From: a virus
IMG/VR virus record: IMGVR_UViG_3300004180_000001
Coordinates: 2,820-66,819 of that record
Length of the DNA: 64,000 nt
Reading direction: 5' to 3' (one strand)
Positions 48,481 through 57,161 of the stretch are shown in pieces (the first letter of the stretch is position 1; each line of letters opens with the position of its first letter). The notes beneath the pieces are model-generated. The model saw only the letters and a list, made by a program, of their open reading frames with translations. It was not told the origin of the DNA and did not search any database. The translations under genes and the position numbers were made by a program.

Positions 48481-48785
48481 GAACCCTCCGACGGAAAAGT
48501 TAGAAATACCGCAGTGGCTAGAAATCTGTCCTGCATAGGGCGCCACTCTGCGGTGTCGATGGTTTTAGGGGTGGATAGGTATTCAACTGCCTCGTCTGGC
48601 GTGTAGCCCTCAAACTTGGTCAGGTAGTGCGCCAGGCAGGTTTTAAAGTAGATGGCGTTTCTTACATCCAAATCGTCGGCTAACAACACTACATCTGCCA
48701 CATTCTCTTGAGGCATTTTATATGCCTTTATCAGGAACTGGGCGAGTCCTGACGGGACTTTACTAATTTGAATTGCTTCAGGCAT
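48477..48785 (-). CDS. Hypothetical protein
   Basis: AAGGA RBS; ATGA overlap. Confidence 0.6.
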   Translation of the reverse strand: MPEAIQISKVPSGLAQFLIKAYKMPQENVADVVLLADDLDVRNAIYFKTCLAHYLTKFEGYTPDEAVEYLSTPKTIDTAEWRPMQDRFLATAVFLTFPSEGS

Positions 48786-48803
48786 TTTTGTATCCTTTTG
48801 AAA

Positions 48804-48960
48804 AATTGGGTAAGTGAGAAGGCAACCCGCGCCCCGGACCTGTAATCGTGAGAACAGGCGGACGAGGCAGTACGGGTCCCTTTCCTCGGGGGTTATACAT
48901 CACCAGCCACTATCCCGATAACCGCTGGTCTGACACATCCCCTGTTAAGGGAACCGGCCA
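48804..48960 (-). ncRNA. Candidate pseudoknotted structured RNA, copy A
   Basis: GC-rich intergenic gap; shares motifs and covarying stems with 50693-50870. Confidence 0.65.
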
Positions 48961-48974
48961 GCTCGGTGGAAGTT

Positions 48975-49253
48975 TTATAATAAATTTATTATCTCTGCTT
49001 TGGGGTAGTGGTATTTACCCATCCACTCGCAACTTTCTGGATACTCGGCAGGAAAATTTTCATGAAAATCTTTTTCAAACAACTCTGCGGCACCTTGTTC
49101 GGTTGCGGTCGGGTTTGTAAGTCGATACCAATTTCCATTCTGTTTTCCGCTGTAATAGTGGTGTATTTGGGTGTCGCTAAACGACATAACGGTTTCTTTT
49201 ACTTCAAGAATTTCCTTGTCGCCTTTCTTGTAAAGCTTTCGTTTCAGTGCCAT
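48975..49253 (-). CDS. Hypothetical protein
   Basis: GGAGG RBS. Confidence 0.6.
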   Translation of the reverse strand: MALKRKLYKKGDKEILEVKETVMSFSDTQIHHYYSGKQNGNWYRLTNPTATEQGAAELFEKDFHENFPAEYPESCEWMGKYHYPKAEIINLL

Positions 49254-49265
49254 AAATCCTCCAGA

Positions 49266-49281
49266 TGTTCCACATGGAACA
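49266..49281. promoter_or_regulatory. parS-like palindrome TGTTCCACATGGAACA
   Basis: 15/16 match to the parS variant TGTTCCACGTGGAACA; intergenic. Confidence 0.4.
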
Positions 49282-49285
49282 TTGC

Positions 49286-49304
49286 CTGTACTCAGTGAGT
49301 ACAG
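49286..49304. repeat. Palindrome copy 3 (AGT)
   Basis: Exact; supplies the stop codon of the upstream ORF. Confidence 0.95.
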
Positions 49305-49597
49305 ACTTTTAATAACAATGTTTCAGTCGGTATGTGAAACGTGTATCGACTGTGTCCGTTCCTGAGACGTCGTTTGATCTTGTCTACAACTTGGTAGCCG
49401 TTGGGATACCCGCAGGCATACCAACGGCCTTTGTGAAGAGAGCCGACATAAACCATCATGCCGACTTCGACCTCTTCCCAGCTAACCCACCTGAACCCGT
49501 TAGGTACAGGCAATTCGCTCAAGCTGCTCAAGCTGCTTTTCACTGACGGTGCATTCAGTTCCGAATTTTTCAAAGCGCTCCTCCATGTCCGAGACAA
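49292..49597 (-). CDS. Hypothetical protein (true start probably near 49510)
   Basis: The C-terminal part fills the gap; the N-terminal part overlaps 49500-49682. Confidence 0.4.
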   Translation of the reverse strand: MSRTWRSALKNSELNAPSVKSSLSSLSELPVPNGFRWVSWEEVEVGMMVYVGSLHKGRWYACGYPNGYQVVDKIKRRLRNGHSRYTFHIPTETLLLKVCTH

Positions 49598-49682
49598 AGT
49601 TAATGTCCCATTCTTTGGACGCGTTGTTTAGGGCGGTTTCCAGGGTATCCTTAAATCCTGGAATATCTTTTACTCTTGGCAT
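49500..49682 (-). CDS. Hypothetical protein
   Basis: WDINFVSDM...SEKQLEQLERI motif. Confidence 0.55.
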   Translation of the reverse strand: MPRVKDIPGFKDTLETALNNASKEWDINFVSDMEERFEKFGTECTVSEKQLEQLERIACT

Positions 49683-49697
49683 CGGTATCTCTCTGAG

Positions 49698-50657
49698 TTA
49701 AGCGGTCAACAACTCGAACGCTTTGTTTTTTAAAGTTTCCCCAATACCGAACCAGGCTGAGCTGAGTCTGGTTTTTTCAGAGCCGCGTTCATGATCGACG
49801 TTTTGCGTGATGACGTTCATCATGCGCCACCTGGTAAAGCCGCCGTCAATGTCGCTTCCGATCAAACCTTTGCCATGGTACAGGTCCAGGATGTTTGAAT
49901 AGCCTGCCAACGCTCTCAAGTCTTTCTCTTCAGTAATGCTGGGCCTCATGTGCGCCATCATCTTCAAAGCAAAGTTTTCCGCTTCGGCTTCAACCAGTGG
50001 TGTTGCCGCCATTTCCTTAACTTTTTCCATCCAGCGTTGGTAGACTTCCGTGACAATGCCAAGCTCGTCTCGCATTTTATCCGCGCTGAATTGCATGTTA
50101 TGGGGCACCTTAACCTGGTGTCCGCCTTCGCGCAGCGACATTGTCAGCGTATTGTTGCAGACGACCCGCACCGATGTAAACCGGGCCAGTGTGGCCATAG
50201 TTCCATCGAAAGAAGTGGCCATCAACACGTAAGGCTTTACAACGTCCTGACCGATAACAGGGGCGCCGTCGCTGACCTTGGCCAGGCCCCATACCCGTCT
50301 CCCGCCGTCCAGTACGCCGGCCACTTCCAGGTCAAAGCCGCCAAGTTTGCACAGCTCGTCAAAAAAGTTGAGAACCTGGCTGGGCTGCACCAATTTGTAA
50401 TCCTTAGACACGATGGACAGCGGTGCGTTATTGTCGCTACGGTACAGCGCTTTCCTGGCCGGGAATTGAATGGCGTCCGTCTTGTTGGCCATGTAATAAA
50501 CATCGCTTTCCAGTACGTCGAAATCCATGCCGGACTCGACTCGCCAGGTTTCGATAGGCTGGCCGGGCGTCAGGAGTTGACCTGATTTGTGCCAAGGGGT
50601 TTGTCCGACGTAAGCGATAGACGCCTTGCCGTTTTTTGAATCTAATAAACTTGCCAT
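49698..50657 (-). CDS. DUF932 (TIGR03299-like) phage/plasmid protein
   Basis: AYVGQTPWH, YRSD..APLSIVS..Y..VQP, TSFDG and RVVCNNTL. Confidence 0.8.
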   Translation of the reverse strand: MASLLDSKNGKASIAYVGQTPWHKSGQLLTPGQPIETWRVESGMDFDVLESDVYYMANKTDAIQFPARKALYRSDNNAPLSIVSKDYKLVQPSQVLNFFDELCKLGGFDLEVAGVLDGGRRVWGLAKVSDGAPVIGQDVVKPYVLMATSFDGTMATLARFTSVRVVCNNTLTMSLREGGHQVKVPHNMQFSADKMRDELGIVTEVYQRWMEKVKEMAATPLVEAEAENFALKMMAHMRPSITEEKDLRALAGYSNILDLYHGKGLIGSDIDGGFTRWRMMNVITQNVDHERGSEKTRLSSAWFGIGETLKNKAFELLTA

Positions 50658-50692
50658 GATGATCTACTCCGTAAAATATTAATGAAATTAAG

Positions 50693-50870
50693 AATTGGAT
50701 GCGACAGCAACCGATACCTAAAGCGTAAGGAGGGGCGCAAATGGGTAACGCCGTATAAACGCTCTAGCAAGCCAATGGGATACCGGTCCTGCGGCCTCGG
50801 GGGTTGTTTCGATCCAAGTCACTCGCCCGAAATACACTTGTCCGCCCTTATTAACCTCAGCGGCTGAGGT
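50693..50870 (-). ncRNA. Candidate pseudoknotted structured RNA, copy B
   Basis: Homologous architecture to 48804-48960 with compensatory changes. Confidence 0.65.
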
Positions 50871-50877
50871 AGCACTG

Positions 50878-51255
50878 TTATCTGTTAAGTAGTTTCTTTT
50901 TAACTTTCTGTTTGTATGCAAACACGTCCAAAGTACAGTTACCTCCAAAGCTAACCCTGTCTCGCGCACCTGACTCTATCAGGTCGGCTGCTTCTTTGCA
51001 GTAATCCAGAAAATATTGCCCCGCTTCAATGTCGGTTTTCTTTCGTTCTTGAATAACTACCGAAACACCGGTAACCTCGTTAATGCAGGATACTTTGTAA
51101 TTTTTAACCGCCAGTATCTTAGCGGTCCTTAAGGCATGTAACCCGGCTTGTCTTTCCAGATTCAGCTGTAGGCAGTCATCAGTAACTACCCCGTTTATCT
51201 CTAGGGTAAGGTCGCCATCGTCCAGGTCTATGTCGATACTGATGAGATCAGTCAT
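50878..51255 (-). CDS. Hypothetical protein
   Basis: ATGA overlap. Confidence 0.55.
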   Translation of the reverse strand: MTDLISIDIDLDDGDLTLEINGVVTDDCLQLNLERQAGLHALRTAKILAVKNYKVSCINEVTGVSVVIQERKKTDIEAGQYFLDYCKEAADLIESGARDRVSFGGNCTLDVFAYKQKVKKKLLNR

Positions 51256-51626
51256 TTCGCAAGCACCATCTTAAGCCGGCGACTGCCGCGGACTTCGTCG
51301 AAGGCCTTTGTCATTTCGGTTTGGTTGAAGACTTCCCGGCACCGGGTAACCGCAGGAGACAGCACTGACTCGTCGCCACCTGCCATTTTCAGCAAGGTCA
51401 TCACGCCGACCTTGCAGACCAGGTTCTTGCCTGGTGCCGAATAGAACACCTGAGACTTCTTGCCTTTCAGCACGACTTCATCGTCGCTGGTATCCTCAGC
51501 GGCCAGTGCCGCTATTTTCTTTTTCATTGCATCGTACAGCTTCACATCTTTCTCGATCTTGTTGTGCAGTTCAGCGAACGTATCGATCAATGTGATTCTT
51601 GCAACTTCTTCTTTGGTCTTTGCCAT
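51252..51626 (-). CDS. Hypothetical protein
   Basis: GGAG RBS. Confidence 0.6.
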   Translation of the reverse strand: MAKTKEEVARITLIDTFAELHNKIEKDVKLYDAMKKKIAALAAEDTSDDEVVLKGKKSQVFYSAPGKNLVCKVGVMTLLKMAGGDESVLSPAVTRCREVFNQTEMTKAFDEVRGSRRLKMVLAK

Positions 51627-51631
51627 GATAA

Positions 51632-51811
51632 TTACTCCGGTTGTTTAAGGTAAGGTTCTTCTTTTCCGTCGGGATGTACGATAACCACGCCGCGAAGCCA
51701 GTGCCTGTTTCTAACCCAGTTCCTGATTTGTTGGCGAGTCTCAAACGACCCGTTGTAGAAAATTTTTCTGGGTCTGGGATACGATCCCTGCCAGTACAGT
51801 TTGAATGCCAT
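51632..51811 (-). CDS. Hypothetical microprotein (59 aa, below the ORF-track cutoff)
   Basis: MAFKLYWQGSYPRPRKIFYNGSFETR...PYLKQPE*; TAATG overlap with the upstream gene. Confidence 0.55.
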   Translation of the reverse strand: MAFKLYWQGSYPRPRKIFYNGSFETRQQIRNWVRNRHWLRGVVIVHPDGKEEPYLKQPE

Positions 51812-52140
51812 TACTGAGCGTCGTCAGTAATGTAGTAAAGCACGGTTTCCCGTATCTTGCCCTTGCGATCGTTGTCGCAATTCATTCCGCAAACCTGAAC
51901 TTGCGGTCCGTGAAACGTGGGACGAATGAAAACAGAGTGTGTGGTTCTCAAGCCGTTCTCAAGGTAGTCAACTGACAGCTCAATCAGCTGGTCGGTGGCT
52001 ACAGTAAGCCGGTGACTTAAGGCCAACTGCTTCGCCAGCTGTGCCAACATTGTTCCGGCGGTTATTTTTTCCGACTGTGATGCGTCGTAACGAATCGACG
52101 TGTTCCAGGCGTCAATCAACGCCGCTGCGGTAGTTGCCAT
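51811..52140 (-). CDS. Hypothetical protein
   Basis: GGAGG RBS. Confidence 0.6.
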   Translation of the reverse strand: MATTAAALIDAWNTSIRYDASQSEKITAGTMLAQLAKQLALSHRLTVATDQLIELSVDYLENGLRTTHSVFIRPTFHGPQVQVCGMNCDNDRKGKIRETVLYYITDDAQ

Positions 52141-52182
52141 AAGGCCTCCAAAAAGATGTGTTATTGTAAATTACACTTGGCA

Positions 52183-52725
52183 TTATGTCAAGTGGTGAAG
52201 AGAGGGGCCGGGGTCTGTGTTGCTGTATTTTCCAACTGCGCTGAACGTATAGCTTAACCCTGATTCAGGAAAATTTACCGCGACAGGGTATGCTTCGTTA
52301 GCGCATATCTCTTCGACTACGCCGTTTAAAGACTTTAATCCCGTATCCCTTACGTAGGTCGGTATGTTAACGTGGAGTATGTTTTCATCGAGGACCCAAA
52401 CAACTTTATCTCCCACTTTAAACCTACGGTTACCTAAAAACTCTCTAGCGGCTTTCACCGCGGATTCGGCTTCCTCGCAGATAAACCAGCCGCCGTCTTT
52501 GTCGGGTTGGATAGCGTTTAGAAGATTCCGTAAAACGTCAGCAGGCGAGGACTCGACTTCCTTCAGGTCTACTGTAAAAGTTACGTCCGCTTCGGTGTCT
52601 AAGACTTCGAACACAAGCGCAGTGCTTTCGGGGTCTCGCTGTATTTCCAAAGCCGATTCAGCCGCTTCTGTCGGAGACTCGGCGTCCAGGGAAATTTCCC
52701 AGGTGACGCGATATTCTTTGGTCAT
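52183..52725 (-). CDS. Multi-module hypothetical protein
   Basis: GGAG RBS; YRVTWEISLDAESPTEAA N-terminal module. Confidence 0.6.
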   Translation of the reverse strand: MTKEYRVTWEISLDAESPTEAAESALEIQRDPESTALVFEVLDTEADVTFTVDLKEVESSPADVLRNLLNAIQPDKDGGWFICEEAESAVKAAREFLGNRRFKVGDKVVWVLDENILHVNIPTYVRDTGLKSLNGVVEEICANEAYPVAVNFPESGLSYTFSAVGKYSNTDPGPSLHHLT

Positions 52726-52788
52726 AACTTACTCCTGCTCTAAAATTTTGGTAATTGCCCTGGTAAGCCGGGTTGTTTCTGACATACC

Positions 52789-53082
52789 CTATGCCTCCAT
52801 TACCCGGTCCAGCGATATTTCCACTGGGTTTTGGTTGAGTATGCCGCCTGCGCTGAGAGCTGACAAAACCAGGTCTTTGTTGTGATCGGTAAAGGCTTCT
52901 TCAACCATTTTGGTGACCGATATAACGTTAGCCCAGGGCGGGAATTTCGATTTATCGAACTCGTAGTACAGCGTTACCGTAACGGCGACTGTGTAGGGTT
53001 TTGACTTGGGTGCGATAACTTTGTCATACAAGTCTCCAGCTGCGGCCAAATCTTCTGGATTTATTTCATCTGCTTCTGACAT
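52789..53082 (-). CDS. Hypothetical protein
   Basis: GGAG RBS downstream of palindrome copy 4. Confidence 0.55.
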   Translation of the reverse strand: MSEADEINPEDLAAAGDLYDKVIAPKSKPYTVAVTVTLYYEFDKSKFPPWANVISVTKMVEEAFTDHNKDLVLSALSAGGILNQNPVEISLDRVMEA

Positions 53083-53102
53083 AACTTTCTCCTGGTTATG
53101 TC

Positions 53103-53121
53103 CTGTACTCAGTGAGTACAG
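53103..53121. repeat. Palindrome copy 4 (AGT)
   Basis: Exact. Confidence 0.95.
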
Positions 53122-53133
53122 GCCGTGGGTTAA

Positions 53134-53832
53134 TTATTTAGGCTGTTGGGCGACAACAATATTGAGTTTAGCTAAAACCTCGGATAAGGTTGTGGCCGTA
53201 GTTGTGTGCAATTCCTGGGAGATATTTTTAGCTATTCCCCGTTCTGCTTCGGTAATAATCGATATTGCCATGCGGTCTCTTTCACACGCCTTTTCATAAT
53301 CGTGTAAGTCCACACGTTGCACAATCCACTTCAGCTCGAAGCCGGTAATTTCAGGTTCTTCGTCAACTTGAACCACTTCAACGCAGGCAGGGCTGTTGTT
53401 CGCGATGACGACCACGAAGTCGCCTTCTTTCAATAGGCCGATCGGCGCCTTGTAAGTCATGACGCTGGTCGATGATTTGAATTTAACTTTTACTGTGGTG
53501 TAGCCTTCTTGAAGCAAGGTCAGGATTTGGCGTAAGTTGTTTTTGCTCATGTTCTTTTTCTCGGGTTGGTTTGACGGTACTTGAAAAGCTTCTGCTGTTA
53601 TTTTGTTTACTACCTCTATAAATTCTTTGTACTGGTTAATGGCAAAAGACTCGGCGGTTTCTCTGTTATTGAAAAAGTGCGTATTTTGGTAACACATTGA
53701 GTCTCCGCAATAAAGACAGTATTCCTTTGCCTGGTTTTGTTCTACTCTGAGAAAGTTGTGACGGCACACCGGGCAGCCTACTCTTGCCATTCTGCCGTCA
53801 GGCAGCTTGAACAGGTCATTGCTCATTTTCAC
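53134..53832 (-). CDS. Hypothetical protein (Zn-finger N-terminus fused to a second module)
   Basis: CPVC...CLYCGDSMC; second module begins near MSKNNLRQ. Confidence 0.6.
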   Translation of the reverse strand: MKMSNDLFKLPDGRMARVGCPVCRHNFLRVEQNQAKEYCLYCGDSMCYQNTHFFNNRETAESFAINQYKEFIEVVNKITAEAFQVPSNQPEKKNMSKNNLRQILTLLQEGYTTVKVKFKSSTSVMTYKAPIGLLKEGDFVVVIANNSPACVEVVQVDEEPEITGFELKWIVQRVDLHDYEKACERDRMAISIITEAERGIAKNISQELHTTTATTLSEVLAKLNIVVAQQPK

Positions 53833-54370
53833 TCTCCTTCTTCAAAAGAAATTCCAACGCCTCGTTACCCTCTTGTTGGGCGTGCTCTTCTCCGATAAAC
53901 CCGTAGCAACCTTCGACGAATTCGTCGTTGTCATAGATCTCATAGCCGTAAGTTTCGCCATTCATCCATAACCCGAATTCTTTAACTTCGGATTTAAGGC
54001 AGTCTACGACCTGCCTTAAAGCTGCCGGAGTCAGTTTCTTTTTACCCAACATATCGGCAACAATTTCCCGAGTGGTATAAATGAAACCCAGCTGCCCTGA
54101 GTCCCAGCTGTCGTTGAACGGCGTGGTTCGCAATGCAGTACCGCTGTGGTCATACATATAAACAGGAAGAATGGCACAGGCTTTATGCTTTTTTACCAGG
54201 TGTTGCTGCATTTCCTCCCAACCATTAAAGTCGCCAGACTTTATTCGGGGGTCAGTTTCATTGGGCACAGTGTGGCGGCTGTTAAACAAGGCCATTCTGC
54301 CGACGTTGCAGTCAAAGCTGCGAGGGCTTTCACAGTCTTCATCGGGTACTATTTCTAATTTTAAGGTCAT
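53816..54370 (-). CDS. Acidic mobile-element-type hypothetical protein
   Basis: LPVYMYDHSG...WDSGQLGFIY...GETYGY...CYGFIG. Confidence 0.65.
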   Translation of the reverse strand: MTLKLEIVPDEDCESPRSFDCNVGRMALFNSRHTVPNETDPRIKSGDFNGWEEMQQHLVKKHKACAILPVYMYDHSGTALRTTPFNDSWDSGQLGFIYTTREIVADMLGKKKLTPAALRQVVDCLKSEVKEFGLWMNGETYGYEIYDNDEFVEGCYGFIGEEHAQQEGNEALEFLLKKESENEQ

Positions 54371-54381
54371 TTCAGTTCCTT

Positions 54382-54400
54382 CTGTACTCAGCGAGTACAG
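54382..54400. repeat. Palindrome copy 5 (AGC)
   Basis: Arms exact; fused to the AAGGA RBS. Confidence 0.95.
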
Positions 54401-54593
54401 GATGGGTGATAAAGACTTCCGTCTTCGTTAATTGTGATACCAAAGACACCAGGGTGGATATTCCAGGTGCCGCAGGTTTTGCATTTTTTGAGCGTGTACT
54501 GAGTCTCCTTGGAATTAAAAACTCTAAAATAAACCTCTGTTACTACGGCTTTTTCCTCCCAACCGTGTAGGCCCAGGCTACAAAGTAGGCGCT

Positions 54594-55001
54594 TCATGGC
54601 ATTTCTGCAAGTCTGTTGAACAAATTTTTCCAGTATTCGTGCTTTTTTTCCTTTGACATGCCTGAAAGGAATCCGGATGCTCCGTCGGGTGGTGTGTCTT
54701 CCCACAAAAACAAGGCATCCAACGGCTGATGAAACCGGCGCGGATGTTCCCTGAGGAATTCCTCCACGAACTTAGCCGCTTCAGCGTCCAGTAAATTAAG
54801 CACAGCTACCAGGTTTTTACCGGTAGCCGACGTGTTGTCGATTACTGGAGGTATTTTCAAAATATCTTCGTAATCGTCTTCTTTTTCGCAGGTTTTCCAG
54901 GTGCCTGGATCGTCAGAAAAGGCCGACGTTGCGTCTTCCCAAGCTTCTTCCTCGGTGTCGCCGTCGCCTTGCAGCTCTACTGTGAATGTGTAAGTTGCCA
55001 T
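54594..55001 (-). CDS. Acidic hypothetical protein
   Basis: GGAG RBS; tiled. Confidence 0.6.
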   Translation of the reverse strand: MATYTFTVELQGDGDTEEEAWEDATSAFSDDPGTWKTCEKEDDYEDILKIPPVIDNTSATGKNLVAVLNLLDAEAAKFVEEFLREHPRRFHQPLDALFLWEDTPPDGASGFLSGMSKEKKHEYWKNLFNRLAEMP

Positions 55002-55003
55002 GA

Positions 55004-55486
55004 TTACTTTCTCCTGTCTTCTTGCATTAAAATTCCGAGGTCATTAGCCGCTTTAATTGCTTGCGCACGGCTTACCGCCCACGGGGTTATTAAATCGTTG
55101 TCGTCGGCGTCAGTTACCCGCCAGGCGGTGACCCAATGGCCGCGGCTTCTTCTGATGCGGTCTTGCTTCAAGTATCCAGGCTGGTTGGTAGGTTGTCTGA
55201 TCATAGCTTCCAACACTTCGGCAAGGTCGATGTTGAGCCTTTCCAATAAATCGTGAGGACATACGGTTATAGTGTCTTCGTAAATGCCATACCCAACGGC
55301 CTTAGCAGTGCCGTTTACCGTTATCTTTACGGTAAGTTTTGGCAACTTGTTCTGGATCTCTACAAAAGGCAGTCGGCAGGTTTGATAGATTTTCAGTGCT
55401 GTAGGCAGGTCGTAACCGCCACTGAATTGGTGGACAATAATGTGGTTATCATCCTCGAAGATAACTTCAATATTAGGCAGGCTCAT
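55004..55486 (-). CDS. Hypothetical protein
   Basis: ATGA overlap; GGAG RBS. Confidence 0.6.
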   Translation of the reverse strand: MSLPNIEVIFEDDNHIIVHQFSGGYDLPTALKIYQTCRLPFVEIQNKLPKLTVKITVNGTAKAVGYGIYEDTITVCPHDLLERLNIDLAEVLEAMIRQPTNQPGYLKQDRIRRSRGHWVTAWRVTDADDNDLITPWAVSRAQAIKAANDLGILMQEDRRK

Positions 55487-55836
55487 ACAAACTCCACTTC
55501 GCCAAGGATGACTGCCAGTTCGGCGGCGTCAGTGTAGTCGTCGATAGCGTCGTTTGCCGCTGCCAGTTCTTGCTGAGCGCGATAAACAGCGTCGTTACGG
55601 TTTTTGGCTTTAACTACGGTGATGTAGGTATCTTGGCCAAAGTCTTCTGCTATGTAATCAGGATATAACAGTATTACGGTATATTCAGTTACTACCAGGT
55701 TATTAACTATGTCATAAGCCTCCTTTTGCATTTGTTTTAATTTAGTTAAGTCGTCATTACCTTCACATTGAGCGTCAGATAACATACAACCTACTGCAAC
55801 TTGCAGTATTAATATAATGGCTTCTTTAATTGTCAT
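55483..55836 (-). CDS. Hypothetical protein
   Basis: AAGGA RBS abutting palindrome copy 6. Confidence 0.6.
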   Translation of the reverse strand: MTIKEAIILILQVAVGCMLSDAQCEGNDDLTKLKQMQKEAYDIVNNLVVTEYTVILLYPDYIAEDFGQDTYITVVKAKNRNDAVYRAQQELAAANDAIDDYTDAAELAVILGEVEFV

Positions 55837-55849
55837 ATACTTATCCTTT

Positions 55850-55868
55850 CTGTACTCAGTGAGTACAG
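55850..55868. repeat. Palindrome copy 6 (AGT)
   Basis: Exact. Confidence 0.95.
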
Positions 55869-55917
55869 ATATTAATTGTTAATAATATTAACTAATAATA
55901 TTAGATAATAGTATTAG

Positions 55918-56280
55918 TTACCCTTCATAATCTGAGACATAACTTCCCAAACCGTAGTTGCTGCCGTTAACTTTGATGTTTAACAGCTCCCAGATACGTT
56001 CCAGTTCGTCTTGCTCTTCTTCGGAAAGCTCTTCCCGGTCAAATACAGGTACGCCATCAACATATCTCGGTTCGGTTCTGCCGTCCGGCCAGACAAACAC
56101 GTACTCATTAAAATAACTGCGGTATAACAGCCCGTTACGTTTGCAGAACGGGATGACTTCCGTTATCGCAACCTGATCTCCCAGCCGGCTGACAGATTGA
56201 CGGTAGGTTCCGAACAGCCCTGCAATATTGGCACTTACGCTTTCTTTTGTGTGTTTAAAGGCCATGTGTAATTTCCTCAA
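55918..56280 (-). CDS. Hypothetical protein (likely start MAFKH)
   Basis: Tiled; GAGG RBS. Confidence 0.55.
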   Translation of the reverse strand: MRKLHMAFKHTKESVSANIAGLFGTYRQSVSRLGDQVAITEVIPFCKRNGLLYRSYFNEYVFVWPDGRTEPRYVDGVPVFDREELSEEEQDELERIWELLNIKVNGSNYGLGSYVSDYEG

Positions 56281-56731
56281 TCAAGTGGGCGTTAACGCCG
56301 ACGTTTTCTTGCCAGCACAGATACTCTTCACCGTCCGGCGTCTTGCGTATTTTGTCGGCGAACTGCGTACCCTCCACGTCAAAATCCTGGATAAAAACAT
56401 CGACCAGCGGGGCGCCGTCGCTTAAAACGCCGACAACAAGGCCACCATCAAGCTGGATAACCAATCGTGGCTTGGCGGCGTTTTTTCTCAGCATTTGCTG
56501 ATGCTCCCAGTAGACGTTTCTGACTGGAGTGCCAGTAATTTTGTTGAACTCGACCAGAATGGCTTGATAGTCGAGACTGACCAGCTGAGTTTTCCGTTCA
56601 CCGGACGTGTACGAAAACACAACGGCGAATTTAACCGGGTCAGTGTTGTCGATACAACCGTCCTCGTCCTGACCAACAAGGCTGATGCCTTTAATTTTTT
56701 TCATTGGAATTCTCCTTGTAGTGTTTGGCAA
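56255..56731 (-). CDS. Hypothetical protein (likely start MKKIK)
   Basis: Tiled; AGGAG RBS. Confidence 0.55.
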   Translation of the reverse strand: MPNTTRRIPMKKIKGISLVGQDEDGCIDNTDPVKFAVVFSYTSGERKTQLVSLDYQAILVEFNKITGTPVRNVYWEHQQMLRKNAAKPRLVIQLDGGLVVGVLSDGAPLVDVFIQDFDVEGTQFADKIRKTPDGEEYLCWQENVGVNAHLIEEITHGL

Positions 56732-57161
56732 TGGACTTCAAGGCCATGTCAGAATACATTCTCAGGTCGGCCTGCTTTATGCTGGCTGGACGTTTACGGC
56801 CAGATACCACCGAGCTGGCACCATCAAGGTAAACATCGTTGAACCAGGTTTTATAACCGTCGCACGTTACTTTGTACTGGTATCCCAACTTACTGTAATC
56901 GGCCAAGGTTTCCAATTTATTAGGCGTAGCTAAGGCTTGCTCCTCTTCCCATTGTTCGGCAAAGTAATGAGTATTGCTCATGCGATCGGCCTGGGCATAG
57001 TCCAGCTTGTCCCGTTTACATAGATGCCGAAGATCAGCCAGCACGCTGGCTATTGCCGATTCATTGATTTCAGGCTCGCCAGACTCTCTGAGTAGAGAAG
57101 TCTGGTGATACTTGAGCAGTTCTTCGCCGCGGTTAGCGCGGTCTTCATTGTTTGGATCCAC
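56691..57161 (-). CDS. Hypothetical protein
   Basis: GTG start after GGAGG; NEDRANR...VLADLRHLC motif. Confidence 0.55.
   Translation of the reverse strand: MDPNNEDRANRGEELLKYHQTSLLRESGEPEINESAIASVLADLRHLCKRDKLDYAQADRMSNTHYFAEQWEEEQALATPNKLETLADYSKLGYQYKVTCDGYKTWFNDVYLDGASSVVSGRKRPASIKQADLRMYSDMALKSIAKHYKENSNEKN

Noticed and set aside
48870-48900. GGGTCCCTTTCCTCGGGGG as an HDV-like ribozyme core
   Set aside because: It resembles P3/L3, but no P1, P1.1 or J4/2 could be built, and copy B does not keep the pattern.
48804-48900. Candidate RNA as a c-di-GMP-I riboswitch or tRNA
   Set aside because: It lacks the GGCAAA...GACGCAAA core and any cloverleaf with a TTCRA loop.
48848-50969. ORFs 48848-49120 (+), 50682-50867 (+) and 50718-50969 (-) as genes
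   Set aside because: They are on the wrong strand or overlap real genes, and the shared sequence between the two gaps is better explained by RNA pairing than by codons.
53103-53121. Palindrome as a LexA (SOS) box or SlmA site
   Set aside because: The gammaproteobacterial SOS box is CTGT-N8-ACAG, whereas this is CTGT-N11-ACAG. It shares only GTGAGTAC with the SlmA site GTGAGTACTCAC, in a different symmetry.
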